Below are positions 22,993-35,390 of a stretch of 64,000 nt of DNA, one piece after another. The notes under the pieces are model-generated. The model saw only the letters and a list, made by a program, of their open reading frames with translations. It did no database searches and was not told the DNA's origin. The translations under genes were made by a program, and so were the position numbers. Numbering within the stretch: position 1 is the first letter of the stretch; each line of letters starts with the position of its first letter. Origin of the DNA: Octopus vulgaris (taxonomy: Eukaryota); assembly GCA_951406725.2 (NCBI GenBank), contig OX597814.1, positions 216,132,001 to 216,196,000 on the forward strand. Direction: 5' to 3'.

Positions 22993-25395
22993 CCAATATC
23001 GATTATTGCTAGATGAATCATAAGATTCATACAGCATAACAGGTATGTTAATGAAGCAATCCAAAAAGCAGGAATCCCTGGGTGCATAGAACACGCATTT
23101 GCCATCTGGGAAACCATCACCTATGCAAAACAACTGAAGAAAAACCTGTACATTGTTTGGCCAGATCTTGCCAATGCACATGGATCTGATCCGCACGCAA
23201 TAATAAAAACAGTGATGGACTTCTTTTGGATTCTAAAAGATGTTCAACGAATGCTCATGTCGTACTACGACAACCTGAGGATGAGATTTACAGCAGGAAA
23301 GTTCACAACGGAGTGGCAACGGCTTGAAATAGGTATTGCAGCCAGATGCCCAATATCAGCCATCTTATTCGTGCTAGTCATGGAAATGTTACTTAGATCT
23401 ACAAACTGTGAGAAAGCTGTTACAAAGACACCATTAAGGGCTTTTATGGACGACGTTACTGTATTATTGGAAAGTAGAGAAGAGCAGTTGGACGAACTGA
23501 TAGGATGGGCATGGATGAAATTCAAAGCCAAAAAATCTCAAAGCCTGGCTTTCATGAAAGGAAGGCAAGAAGAAGTGAAATTCAGGATGGGAGGTGAAGA
23601 CATACCAATGGTGAAAGAACAACCAGTAAAGAGTCTTGGCAGATGGTATAGAGATTTCTTGAATAAGAAGGAGGGGAAAGAAATACACGAGTTAGTAGAA
23701 CAAGGTTTAAAGGCAATTGACAGAACAACGCTGCCAGGAAAATTCAAATGTTGGATACTGCAATTTGGGCTGTACCCAAGGATAATGTGGCCATTGCAAA
23801 TGTACGAAATAGCCTCGAGTAGAGTAGAAAGGATGGAACAAAGATGCAGTGTGTTTATCAGAAAATGGCTTGGTCTGCCAAAGGCAGGAGAGGTAAGGAC
23901 AATAATGATGCAAAGGTATTCAAAAGATCAGAGCATCCAGGAAAACCCTCCAAAGGTACGAACAGGGAGGAAATGGCAGGTGGAAGATGCTGATCGGAAA
24001 ACTAAGGCATGCAGATATAGTCGGAGCGACGCAAGAAGCAAGAGCCCGCCTAGGGTCGCACAATTTCAGGCCATTTTGCAAGAGCAGTATAAAAGAGATG
24101 AAAGAGGCAGTGGTATACGAAGTGAGAAAGGAGGAAGAAGAAAGGCGAAATGTACATTTGGTGCAATGTAGTCAACAGGGACAGTGCCTGAGATGGGAGG
24201 AATATGTGATCAGCCGCAGAATATCATGGAAGGAACTTTGGGCTTGGAAACAAGCAACAACATCCTTCCTGATCAAGTCTACCTTCGACGTTCTACCCTC
24301 TCCGGCGAACTTAGTCCAGTGGAACGTAAAAACAATCGATGAGTGTAGATGCAGAGAGAAAGCGATGTTTAGACATGTTTTGTCAAACTGCAGACTAGCA
24401 CTAGAAAGGTATACATGGCATCATAATCAAGTCCTCGGCGTCATAAGTGCAGCACTCAAGGAGAAGATTGAGGGATACAATAGGGGAGAGTACCCAAAAG
24501 TGGAAAAGCGCAGGAAAGTATACTTCCAGGAGGGAAAAGGATATAAAACCGGGCCTACAAGTAAAATGTATGAGATAGATGAAAGATGGAAGGGATACTG
24601 GGAGGTGGCCACAGATTTAGAAAGACTAGTAATATTTTCACTCATAAAAATGACAAAAAAGACCAGATTTAGTCCTATGGGACAGAGAATGGAGAATAGG
24701 AATTGTGCTAGAACTGACAGTGCCATGGGAAGAGAACATCGGCAATGCAGAGGAATGGAAGGAGAAGAGGTACGAAAAACTAATCGAAGAATGCAGAGAA
24801 CAGAGTTGGAATGTCGAGTATTACCACCTGGCAGTGGGGGCTAGAGGCTTCATTGAAAGGAAAATGACAACGCTATTCAAAAGAAGATTTGTTTTTTCTT
24901 GCTCCGAGCTGCGAACACTAATAAGGAGAGTACAGGAGGCGGTTGAAAAAGCCAGCTGCTATATATGGCTGAAGCGGGAAATTCTGAAAATGGCTTGAAA
25001 GTCATAATATACCAGCAGGAAATAACATCACTAGGTGAGACAGGCTGACACTGAATTAGCTTTGTGACGGTTGTTTAGAGAACGCGTGGGCTAAGACTAC
25101 GCGCCTTCATTGGTCAGTTAAAGTTGAGACAGTGTCATGTGACAACTTGCTGGGGCTGCCTGCTGGAGCCTAGAAGCTGGTATTTAAAGGGAAATTTGAC
25201 AAGACAGGCAGCCGCCTGCTGATACTCGTTGACACTACATTCAAGAGGCCAGGGAACAGAAGAAAGAAGACATGCACCCAACACCAGAGCTAAAGACACC
25301 TCTGAAAGGGGGGGGGGGGCACGTCAAAACGGTAGAGGAGTAGGGGCCGAAACTGGACGTTGTTCTTCCTGATGATGTCTTAAGCTAACTGGATC
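22993..25395 (+). mobile_element. HERO/R2-superfamily RLE LINE, 5'-truncated and frameshifted
   Basis: GIPGCIEH, DLANA.GS.PH, AFMDDV, LPGKFKCW, FDVLPSPANLVQW, HVLSNC...YTWHHNQVL, LELTVPWEE. Confidence 0.85.
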
Positions 25396-25590
25396 CTATA
25401 AAGGAGCTGTTGTAGTAGCAGACCACAAAACACAGTTGAAATTCCTCTTGTTAGGTTTACCTACTGGTATAGCGAAGGTTTCTGCATCAATTTTGTATGT
25501 TTTACTGTTAGTGTTGCTACAGTGTTCTCTCTCAATTGCATTTAACCATGATGTATGTATGTATGTGTGCATATATATGTGTGTGTAGGT

Positions 25591-25624
<34 letters not shown>

Positions 25625-25939
25625 ATATGTAAGTGTATGTGTGTGCGTGTGTGTGTATACTCATACACTGAAGGTTTTTGAGAAAAAACATGCCAACTAA
25701 TGGCCACCATTAGAGAACACCAAGTATAGCGAGGGGAGTGTCAAAAATGAAAGTGAAATCTTCTCTAACCTACATTCGACTTCATTTCCTATAAAAAAAA
25801 CTATTTCAGGTTTTTCTTCTGTTGAAAAGTTTTCTTTATGTCGTGTGTTGTAAATAATAAACTTTTGTCACAAAGTTTTCTTGGAAAATACATTGTATAA
25901 AAGAGGGCAGAAGGGAAGCGTTTTTTTTCTGGAAAAAAC

Positions 25940-26040
25940 ACTGATGTCATACAAAGTTATTGTTAAACCAATCAACAGCTTAAAAACGATCAAATAAAGA
26001 TTCAAGTTTCAGTTTTACTCAGAGTTGTTACGAGGTAAGT
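25940..26040 (+). promoter_or_regulatory. Candidate promoter plus short non-coding first exon
   Basis: TGATGTCA (25942), CCAAT (25968), Inr-like TCAGTT (26009), consensus donor GAG|GTAAGT (26035). Confidence 0.3.
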
Positions 26041-26274
26041 TTTCGTTTTACATCTTCCTAATTTAATTTCTTTAATCCCGTCTCGCCATTGCTTTACAAA
26101 TACTTCACATAATCGCTTTCAATGCTTTTCCTTTACATTATTACTACACAAATTCGTCTTCTCATCTGAATTGTTTAGCTCTTATTTCTAATAATGTAGG
26201 TGTTTCGTAACACACCAGTCACATTTACTGGCAATTGTAATTCTCTTTTTTGGTGAAACAGCAAACTGCTCTTA

Positions 26275-26350
<76 letters not shown>

Positions 26351-26509
26351 TAAGTATAGGAAAGAATGGACCTGAATGAAGATTTAACAATTTTCCTTTA
26401 TTTTATTTTCGAAGTCTGCAAAGTCCCTAATTCCGATTGAATAAGGAGTCCATTTTGCTGCTTTCTCTTCAGGAAAATCCAGATAATAAGATAATTCATT
26501 TATCTACTT

Positions 26510-26578
<69 letters not shown>

Positions 26579-26948
26579 AAGTGAAATTTCCTACAAAATA
26601 GCTTTTAGATGGTGTACGTTATAATTAAATCAGAATTTAAGGCAAAAAAATCGGTAGTCTCGCACACATACGTACTGACAAACATTCATGTATTATATGT
26701 ATGTTTGTATGTATGTATGTATGTATGTATGTATGTATGTATGTATGTATGTATGTATCTATGTATGTGTCTGTGTGTATGCATGTGTGTGTGTGTATAC
26801 ATACATATAAAGACAATACAAATTAATATCGTATTTATTGTCTGTGAAAATTATAGAATATAAAACAACTTTAATAAAAACTTATACCTACTTTTCTCAT
26901 GAAAACAATGCCATTCTGGACATTTTCACCGCAACTGTATATATATAT

Positions 26949-27150
26949 TAAATCAAAGCTGGACATCTTCCTGTCAAGAGTCCCAAATAAACCTACCTCA
27001 CGGCAAGAGGTTCAAATGAGAGTAGCTGTATCAAACTCCATTCTTCACCAAGTGCCACATATTAGACGAGGTTTGTCGCAATAACAGTGTAGCACAATAT
27101 GGCGGTACATCAGCATGGCCGCAGCTCTGAGCTGAAACTAGAAAAAAAAA
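26949..27150 (+). mobile_element. CR1-like LINE extreme 3' fragment in (TA)n
   Basis: [30 protein letters not shown] and tail CAGCATGGCCGCAGCTCTGAGCTGAAACTAG. Confidence 0.85.
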
Positions 27151-27367
27151 ATATATATATATAAATATATATATAAAAATATATATAAAAATATATATAT
27201 AAATATATATATATAAAAATATATATATAAATATATATATATATAAATATATATATAAATATATATATATAATATATATATAAATATATATATAAAATAT
27301 ATATATATAAATATATATATATAAATATATATATAAATATATATATAAATATATATATATAAAAATG

Positions 27368-27612
27368 TATCATCATCATCATCATCATCGTTTAACGTCC
27401 GTTTTCCGCGCTAGCACGGGTTGGACGGTTTCGACCGGGGTCTGGGGAGCTCGGGACTGCCCCAGGCTCCAGTCTAGTCTGGCAGTGTTTCTACAGCTGG
27501 ATGCCCTTCCTAACGCCAACCACTCCGCGAGTGTAGTGGGTGTTTTTTACGTGCCACCTGCACAGGTGCCAGAGGGGTCTGGCATCGGCCACGTTCGGAT
27601 GGTGCTTTTTAT
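27368..27612 (-). mobile_element. RTE-type 3' tail fragment
   Basis: Same tail as 34200-34380 and 39298-39470, with (CAT)n. Confidence 0.8.
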
Positions 27613-27892
27613 GGGGGGGGGGTGCAGAAATATAGGGGAGCACCAGTGGGAGGGGTGGTTCAGAGGACAGGTACTAGGCAAGTAGAACGTAGGATATCGA
27701 GAGAGGGGTAATGCATGGTGAAATAGCGTATTGAAGAGGGGGTTCAAAGAGTAGACACCTATAATGGTGGTGGGGGGGTGCATATATATATATTTATATA
27801 TTTGTGTATATATCTTTATATTTTTGTGTATATATATATATATATTCGTATATATATATTTATATATTTGTTTATATCTATATATATATGTA

Positions 27893-27943
<51 letters not shown>

Positions 27944-27979
27944 TTGTTTATATTTATATATATATGTATGTGTGTGTAT

Positions 27980-28013
<34 letters not shown>

Positions 28014-28431
28014 ATATATACATATTTGTATATATATCTATATATATATACAAATTTGTATATACCTATATATATAAATTTGTATATACTTATATATATA
28101 AATTCGTATATACCTATATATATGTAAATTTGTATATACCTATATATACAAATCCGTATATATCTATATATATACATTTGCACATATCTATATATATATA
28201 TATTTGTATATATCTATATATATATATATATTTGTATATATATTTATATATATATATTTGTATATATATATATATATCTTAATATATAACTAACATATAT
28301 ACATATACATATGTATAGACGTGTGAATATGTTTGACTTGTATAGCTACATCACTTGGTTGATAAAGGTTTCACACAACAAAATCTCAACATCTCTACAA
28401 AAAAGAGAGATTCCCAGATTTCCAGAAATGA

Positions 28432-29757
28432 TTAATTACGCCAAAAGTTGAAAATCTTGCGAAATGCTCCAGGACCATGCCACAAACCTTTTGTCATCAT
28501 TAACCAGTACATAGGCGGTAAGCCATAACTCTTTAGTAAAAACATAGATCTTCTTTCTTTACTTTGGTCAAATGGAAAGGTCTCTGTTGGCGTATTAGTG
28601 AAGTCAAACTCTGCTAGGATACACTTGGAAGAGCTGGTTACCAGTGGGCAGGAAGTGTAGCCATTATATTTAGACTTAAAGTCATTGCTTCCTTTCATTT
28701 TTGCCATCAAGTTTTTAGACAGAACACCACACTGACCGGCAGCAGCAGCCGCTGTCTTTGATGTAGGAATATTTGTACAGTCTCCAACGCCAAAGATGTT
28801 GTCGTATTTCACGTGTTGCAATGTCTCTTTATTCACGTTCAGGAAACCTGCTGCATCACTCAATACACTCTTACTGATGACATCGGGAGCCGACATTGGT
28901 GGGGTCACATGAAGGAAATCATATTTAAAAGTTGCTGTTTCACCACTCTCACTGTCTAGCTTCTTAAAAATTGCCTCTCCAGTCTCTGGTCGCACTTCAA
29001 TAAGACTGTGTTTGAAGTTCACATGAATACCGCGGTCTTTGGCAATCACATACAGCTTTTCAGAATAGTGTTTCACAACAAACATCACACCCAGAGAAGT
29101 GTTGAATAAAACGTTGGCTTTATCACGCTTGCCAGTCTTATTAAAATATTCTTCAGCTAAATACATAATCTTCTGTGGGGCTCCCCCACATTTAATGGGG
29201 GTAGCTGGTACTGTGAAAATAGCATTACCTCCTTCAAAGGCCTGCAATGCAGGAAATGTTTTGCCTACAGTTCTAATACTGTAATTGGAACAAATTCGGG
29301 GATCTGACTTCAAACCTTCAATCAAGCCTTTTACCAAGTGAAAGTTTAGTTGTAAACCTAAGGCAAGCACCAAATATTCATAATGAACCTTGCTGCCATC
29401 TTTGAGAGTAACAAAGTTTTTGTCTGGATTAAAGCCGACAACTGAATCGTTAATCCATTCACTGTTTGGTGGTATCACTGAAGCCATGGTTCTCCTGGAA
29501 TCGCTTAGTTTTTTCAGTCCTCCACCAACTAATGTCCATAATGGTTGATAGTAATGCTCCTTGTTTTTTTCGATCACGGCGACACTTCCCTTGTCTAGGG
29601 ACCGTGAAAAGGTAGATGCTATGCTAGATCCAGCGGTGCCAGCGCCGACCACGACCAATTTATAAGATCGGTCTTGTGAAGCATATCTGAGGCACTGATG
29701 AACGGTTTTCGGAAGGACATTAGTCCTTAATGTAACCGCTGAAATGTTAGAGAGCAT
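28432..29757 (-). CDS. SQOR: Sulfide:quinone oxidoreductase, mitochondrial (type II SQR), intronless
   Basis: Arg/Ser-rich presequence, FAD motif VVVGAGTAG, HYYQPLWTLVGGG, both redox cysteines (IKCGGAPQK; YNGYTSCPLVT), GDCTNIPTSKTAAA, LAEFD...ETFPFDQSKER, GLWHGP. Confidence 0.96.
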   Translation of the reverse strand: MLSNISAVTLRTNVLPKTVHQCLRYASQDRSYKLVVVGAGTAGSSIASTFSRSLDKGSVAVIEKNKEHYYQPLWTLVGGGLKKLSDSRRTMASVIPPNSEWINDSVVGFNPDKNFVTLKDGSKVHYEYLVLALGLQLNFHLVKGLIEGLKSDPRICSNYSIRTVGKTFPALQAFEGGNAIFTVPATPIKCGGAPQKIMYLAEEYFNKTGKRDKANVLFNTSLGVMFVVKHYSEKLYVIAKDRGIHVNFKHSLIEVRPETGEAIFKKLDSESGETATFKYDFLHVTPPMSAPDVISKSVLSDAAGFLNVNKETLQHVKYDNIFGVGDCTNIPTSKTAAAAAGQCGVLSKNLMAKMKGSNDFKSKYNGYTSCPLVTSSSKCILAEFDFTNTPTETFPFDQSKERRSMFLLKSYGLPPMYWLMMTKGLWHGPGAFRKIFNFWRN

Positions 29758-29830
29758 TGTACTGACTGAGCATTTGACTGACTGACTAGCGGCGCGTGTG
29801 TATGCACATATAATGTATATTATACTACGT

Positions 29831-29882
<52 letters not shown>

Positions 29883-30262
29883 AACAGGATGGTAAAACCC
29901 ACCGGCTTTCTGGTTTCTCTTTACCAGGTCTATATAAAAATATATATATAAATATATATATATAAAAATATATATATAACTATATATATATAAAAATATA
30001 TATATATAAAATATATATATAAATATATATATATAAAAATATAAATATAAAAATATATATATAAAAATATATATATAAATATATATATATAAAAATATAT
30101 AAATATATATAAATATATATATATAAATATATATATATAAATGTATATATATAAAAATAAATATATAAATATATATATAAATATATATGTATAAAAATAT
30201 ATGTATAAATAAATATATATAAAAATATATATATAAATATATATATATAAAATGTATATATA

Positions 30263-30336
<74 letters not shown>

Positions 30337-30441
30337 TATATATACATATATATATAAATATATATATATAAATATATAAATATATATATCAATATATATA
30401 TATACATATATATATAAATATATATATAAATATATATATAA

Positions 30442-30486
<45 letters not shown>

Positions 30487-30511
30487 TATATATAAATATA
30501 TATATATATAA

Positions 30512-30578
<67 letters not shown>

Positions 30579-30827
30579 TATATATAAATATATATATGAA
30601 TATATATATATAAATATATATATAAATATATACTACAAAATTAGAGAATGGAGAAACATACTTAAATCAGTAAAACATCAACTATCCGATGATACTCAAT
30701 CCATACTTTAATACACCATTACATATGAGTAAAGGCAATATATAAAATGAAATGAGATATACAGTAATAGTAAAAAGATAAAGAGATATAAGTAAAAAAT
30801 TTCAAATATAATATGCAAATAAATCAA

Positions 30828-30940
30828 AACTGACAGCTGTTTCGGCAGTGAGGACAGTCATACCTCATATAACCTATAAGCCATAAAGGCAGGTATAAAT
30901 GAGGCATTAACAAGGATGCCCCACGGCCTCTTCAGAGAAT
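30828..30940 (-). ncRNA. Hammerhead ribozyme motif (mirror copy)
   Basis: Reverse complement of 31829-31941. Confidence 0.6.
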
Positions 30941-31277
30941 TAAATTAAATTTGTTATAATAGTGAAAAATATTATATAATCATATACATATAAATATAAA
31001 AATATAAAAATGTAAAATATAAAAACTTATACATCATAATGCTACACTTATATAATATAATACACATTTGTACAAAAAAGGAAGGTAAACAGAACAAAAT
31101 AAAACAAAATATATAACAGTGTATATATTAATATTAATAAGTACCGATATTATACATATTTGGCTAATAGTTTTTTTTATAAAAAAAAGGCTAACACATA
31201 TGGAGATGAAAAATAATAATTAAATCCGTGGTACAGTTCATAAAATTCTAAAGCTATAAAAGTTAATAAAAATTACT

Positions 31278-31341
<64 letters not shown>

Positions 31342-31464
31342 TAGATAAAAATAGATACAGTTAAGTTAGCACCAAGTCCATCCTTTCAAGATCGAAATAA
31401 CTATAGTTATTTCGATCTTGAAAGGATGGACTTGGTGCTAACTTAACTGTATCTATTTTTATTA

Positions 31465-31499
<35 letters not shown>

Positions 31500-31828
31500 A
31501 GTAATTTTTATTAACTTTTATAGCTTTAGAATTTTATGAACTGTACCACGGATTTAATTATTATTTTTCATCTCCATATGTGTTAGCCTTTTTTTTATAA
31601 AAAAAACTATTAGCCAAATATGTATAATATCGGTACTTATTAATATTAATATATACACTGTTATATATTTTGTTTTATTTTGTTCTGTTTACCTTCCTTT
31701 TTTGTACAAATGTGTATTATATTATATAAGTGTAGCATTATGATGTATAAGTTTTTATATTTTACATTTTTATATTTATATGTATATGATTATATAATAT
31801 TTTTCACTATTATAACAAATTTAATTTA

Positions 31829-31941
31829 ATTCTCTGAAGAGGCCGTGGGGCATCCTTGTTAATGCCTCATTTATACCTGCCTTTATGGCTTATAGGTTAT
31901 ATGAGGTATGACTGTCCTCACTGCCGAAACAGCTGTCAGTT
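31829..31941 (+). ncRNA. Type I hammerhead ribozyme motif with extended stem II
   Basis: CUGAAGA (31834-40), stem II GGCCGUGGGG/CCUCACUGCC, GAAAC-AGCU-GUC with palindromic minimal stem III; stem I is weak. Confidence 0.65.
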
Positions 31942-32322
31942 TTGATTTATTTGCATATTATATTTGAAATTTTTTACTTATATCTCTTTATCTTTTTACT
32001 ATTACTGTATATCTCATTTCATTTTATATATTGCCTTTACTCATATGTAATGGTGTATTAAAGTATGGATTGAGTATCATCGGATAGTTGATGTTTTACT
32101 GATTTAAGTATGTTTCTCCATTCTCTAATTTTGTAGTATTAATTTACGGTAATATTATTACCTTTACCCATATAATACAATAGATGAACTGATTGTTTGA
32201 CAATTTTTAACATCTATGTATTAATTTTGTTGGGTACCTATCTAGCAGTATATTGGATATATATTATCCCATGGTGGGTTGAATTTTCAACCCCTATCTC
32301 ATTTTATAACCTATATAAATAT

Positions 32323-32393
<71 letters not shown>

Positions 32394-32400
32394 TATATAA

Positions 32401-33792
32401 ATAGTCAGAATAGTCAGAAGGAAACTAATCACCTTCCTTGACACCCAACATGGTTTCCGACCAGGAAGAAGCTGCTTAACTCAGCTCCTGCAGCACTATG
32501 ACTGGGTGCTGAAACAACTGCTCAACCACTCAAATGTGGAAGTCATATATCTCGACTTCGCAAAGGCCTTCGATAAAGTCGATCATGGAATGATATGTCA
32601 CAAACTGCGTGATCTTGGCATAGTTGGAAAACTAGGAGAATGGCTTCACGACTTTCTGAAGAATAGAAGTCAGGTGGTAGTAGCAAATAGTGAGCGGTGT
32701 TCCACAGGGCACTGTTTTGGGACCACTACTGTTCATAATGGCCCTCTCAGACATGCCGTCAGCCACGCGGAGAGCCACGATCACAAGTTATGCAGATGAT
32801 ACAAAAGTTTTACAGGCAATACAGAACCCTGAAGACACTAGGCACCTGCAATATGAGCTGGACGAAATATACAAGTGGGCTGAAAAGAATAGCATGCAGT
32901 TCAATGCTGAAACGTTTCAAGCTTTATACTATCAGCATGCAAAACTGAATGCAATACCCAAGGAATACACTGGACCCGGAGGGATTGCAATCCCAGAGGC
33001 ACAATCAGTGCGTGACCTGGGTATTCACATGAGTGATGACGCGACCTTTCATGTACATGTTGCTAAACTGACAATGAAATGCAGACGGCTGGCTGGATGG
33101 ATTCTTAGAACCTTTAGAACAAGAGAACAAGAAACCATGATGGCCCTCTGGAAGACACTTGTCCTAAGTCACTTTGACTATTGCTCTCAGCTATGGTCAC
33201 CATCCAGTGTCAAGTTGATCACAGAACTTGAGGCGATCCAACGAAGCTACACGAAGAAGATAGCCTCTATGCAGAATGTAAGCTACTGGGAAAGACTCAA
33301 GAGATTAAAATTATATTCCCTGGAGCGTAGGCGGGAAAGATATGCCATAATATACATCTGGAAGATCCTGGAGGGAAGTGTCCTGAACTTTGGCATCGAG
33401 AGTTACGCAAATGCCAGAACTGGGCGCCACTGCGTGGTGCCTAGGACTCCAAACTTGCCATCAAGATGTAGGACAAGATTCTGTGATAGTCTGGGCTTCC
33501 GAGGCCCACAGCTCTTCAATATCCTCCCGATGAACCTGAGAGACCTGCATGGGGTTGATACAGATGTCTTTAAAATGGAGCTGGATCTCTTCCTGTCAGG
33601 TGTCCCAGATGAACCAACTTCACGGCAGGAGGGGCAGATGAGGGCAGCTGCATCGAACTCTCTCATGCACCAAATAGCAGTTGCTAGAAAGCCTCCATGA
33701 AGTGAAACCAAGTAGCAACACCAAATGGCGGTGCCCCAGCATGGCCACAGCTCATAAGCTGAAACTAGAATCAATCAATCAATCAATCAATC
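32401..33792 (+). mobile_element. CR1-like LINE, 5'-truncated, with internal deletions
   Basis: [39 protein letters not shown]; (AATC)n tail. Confidence 0.92.
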
Positions 33793-33802
33793 ATATATAT
33801 AT

Positions 33803-34376
33803 ACGTTCATGGCCGTTTGTCAGCTCTGTCTGGTGGCACGTAAAAGCACCAGCCGTTCGCGTCCGTTGCCAGCCTCGGCTGGCCCCCGTGCCGGTGACAC
33901 GTAAAAGCACCATCCGTTCGTGGCCGTTTGCCAGCTCTGTCTGGCCCCGTGTCGGTGGCACGTAAAAGCATCATCTGTTCGTGTCCGTTGCCAGCATCGC
34001 CTGGTCCCGTGCCGGTGACACGTAAAAGCACCATTCGCTCGTGGCCATCTGCCAGCTCTGCCTGGCCCCCATGTCGGTGGCACGTAAAAGCACCATCCGT
34101 TCATGTCCGTTGCCAGCATCGCCTGGCCCCGTGCCAGTGACACGTAAAAGCACCATCCGTTCGTGGCCGTTCGCCAGCTCTGTCTGGCACCAGTGCAGGT
34201 GGCACGTAAAAAACACCCACTACACTTGCGGAGTGGTTGGCGTTAGGAAGGGCATCCAGCCGTAGAAACACTGCCAGATCTGACTGGGCCTGACGAAGCC
34301 TTCCAGCTTCACAGACCCCAGTTGACCCGTCCAACCCATGCTAGCATGGAAAGCGGACGCTAAATGATGATGATGA

Positions 34377-34380
<4 letters not shown>
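33803..34380 (+). repeat. RTE-type 3' tail with ~60-bp alternating-variant minisatellite
   Basis: About 7 units containing GGCACGTAAAAGCACCATCCGTTCGTG, then GGCGTTAGGAAGGGCATCCAGC...(GAT)n. Confidence 0.85.
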
Positions 34381-34418
<38 letters not shown>

Positions 34419-34447
34419 TATATATATAAATGTATATATATATAAAT

Positions 34448-34514
<67 letters not shown>

Positions 34515-34529
34515 TATATATATATATTA

Positions 34530-35130
34530 AATCATTAAATCATTAAAAATGTTTTAGCCTGAAGGCCGCGGCCATGCTGCGGCACCACCGCTGAATGAGT
34601 TACACTAATTTGTGAATCCACCTCTGATACGTGGCACTTGATCAACAAGGGAGTTTGATGCTGCTGCCCGCATCTGTGCCTCCTGTCGTGAGGTAGGTTC
34701 ATCTGGGACTCCTGACAAGAAGAGATCCAGTTTAGCTTTAAAGAAACCCACATCCACACCATGTAAGTCTCTCAGGCATTTAGGGAGGATGTTGAAGAGC
34801 TGTGGTCCTCTGAAACCCAAGCTGTTGCAGTATCTGGACCTGTATTTTGATGGTGATGTTGGAATCCTTGGCACCATGCAGTGGCGCCCCGTTCTGCGGT
34901 TGGAGTAACTTTTAATGCCACAGTTTGGGACAAGACCCTCCAGGATTTTCCAGATGTATATCACCGCATATCTCTCCCGCCTCCGCTCTAGGGAGAAGAG
35001 GTTTAATACCTTCAGTCTTTCCCAGTAGCTGATATTTTGCATTGAGACGATTTTCTTTGTGTAGCTTCTCTGAATTGCTTTGAGTTCTGCTGTTAGTTTT
35101 ATATTGGGTGGTGACCAAAGTTGGGAGCAG
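34530..35130 (-). mobile_element. CR1-like LINE 3' fragment (sister subfamily)
   Basis: YCSQLWSP...SLERRRERY...VPDEPTSRQEAQMRAAASNSL; both ends in (TA)n. Confidence 0.9.
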
Positions 35131-35131
35131 T

Positions 35132-35384
<253 letters not shown>

Positions 35385-35390
35385 TATATA

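Larger units (their letters stand above)
30631..32311. mobile_element. Penelope-like pLTR as a spacerless palindrome (arms 30631-31403 / 31404-32138) plus a unique tail
   Basis: Centre ...GAAATAACTA|TAGTTATTTC...; arms differ mainly in (TAA)n length; each arm carries a hammerhead motif; flanked by (TA)n. Confidence 0.75.

Noticed and set aside
25340-25382. GAAAC...CTGATGA at the 3' end of the HERO-like element as a hammerhead
   Set aside because: Both boxes are present but stems I and II cannot be formed convincingly
26892-26934. Possible 43-nt minus-strand exon (CGENVQNGIVFMRK)
   Set aside because: Acceptor lies in TA next to a LINE fragment with no polypyrimidine tract; insufficient support
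28432-29757. SQOR as bacterial HGT or contamination
   Set aside because: Has a mitochondrial presequence and metazoan-type motifs, and is embedded in host repeats
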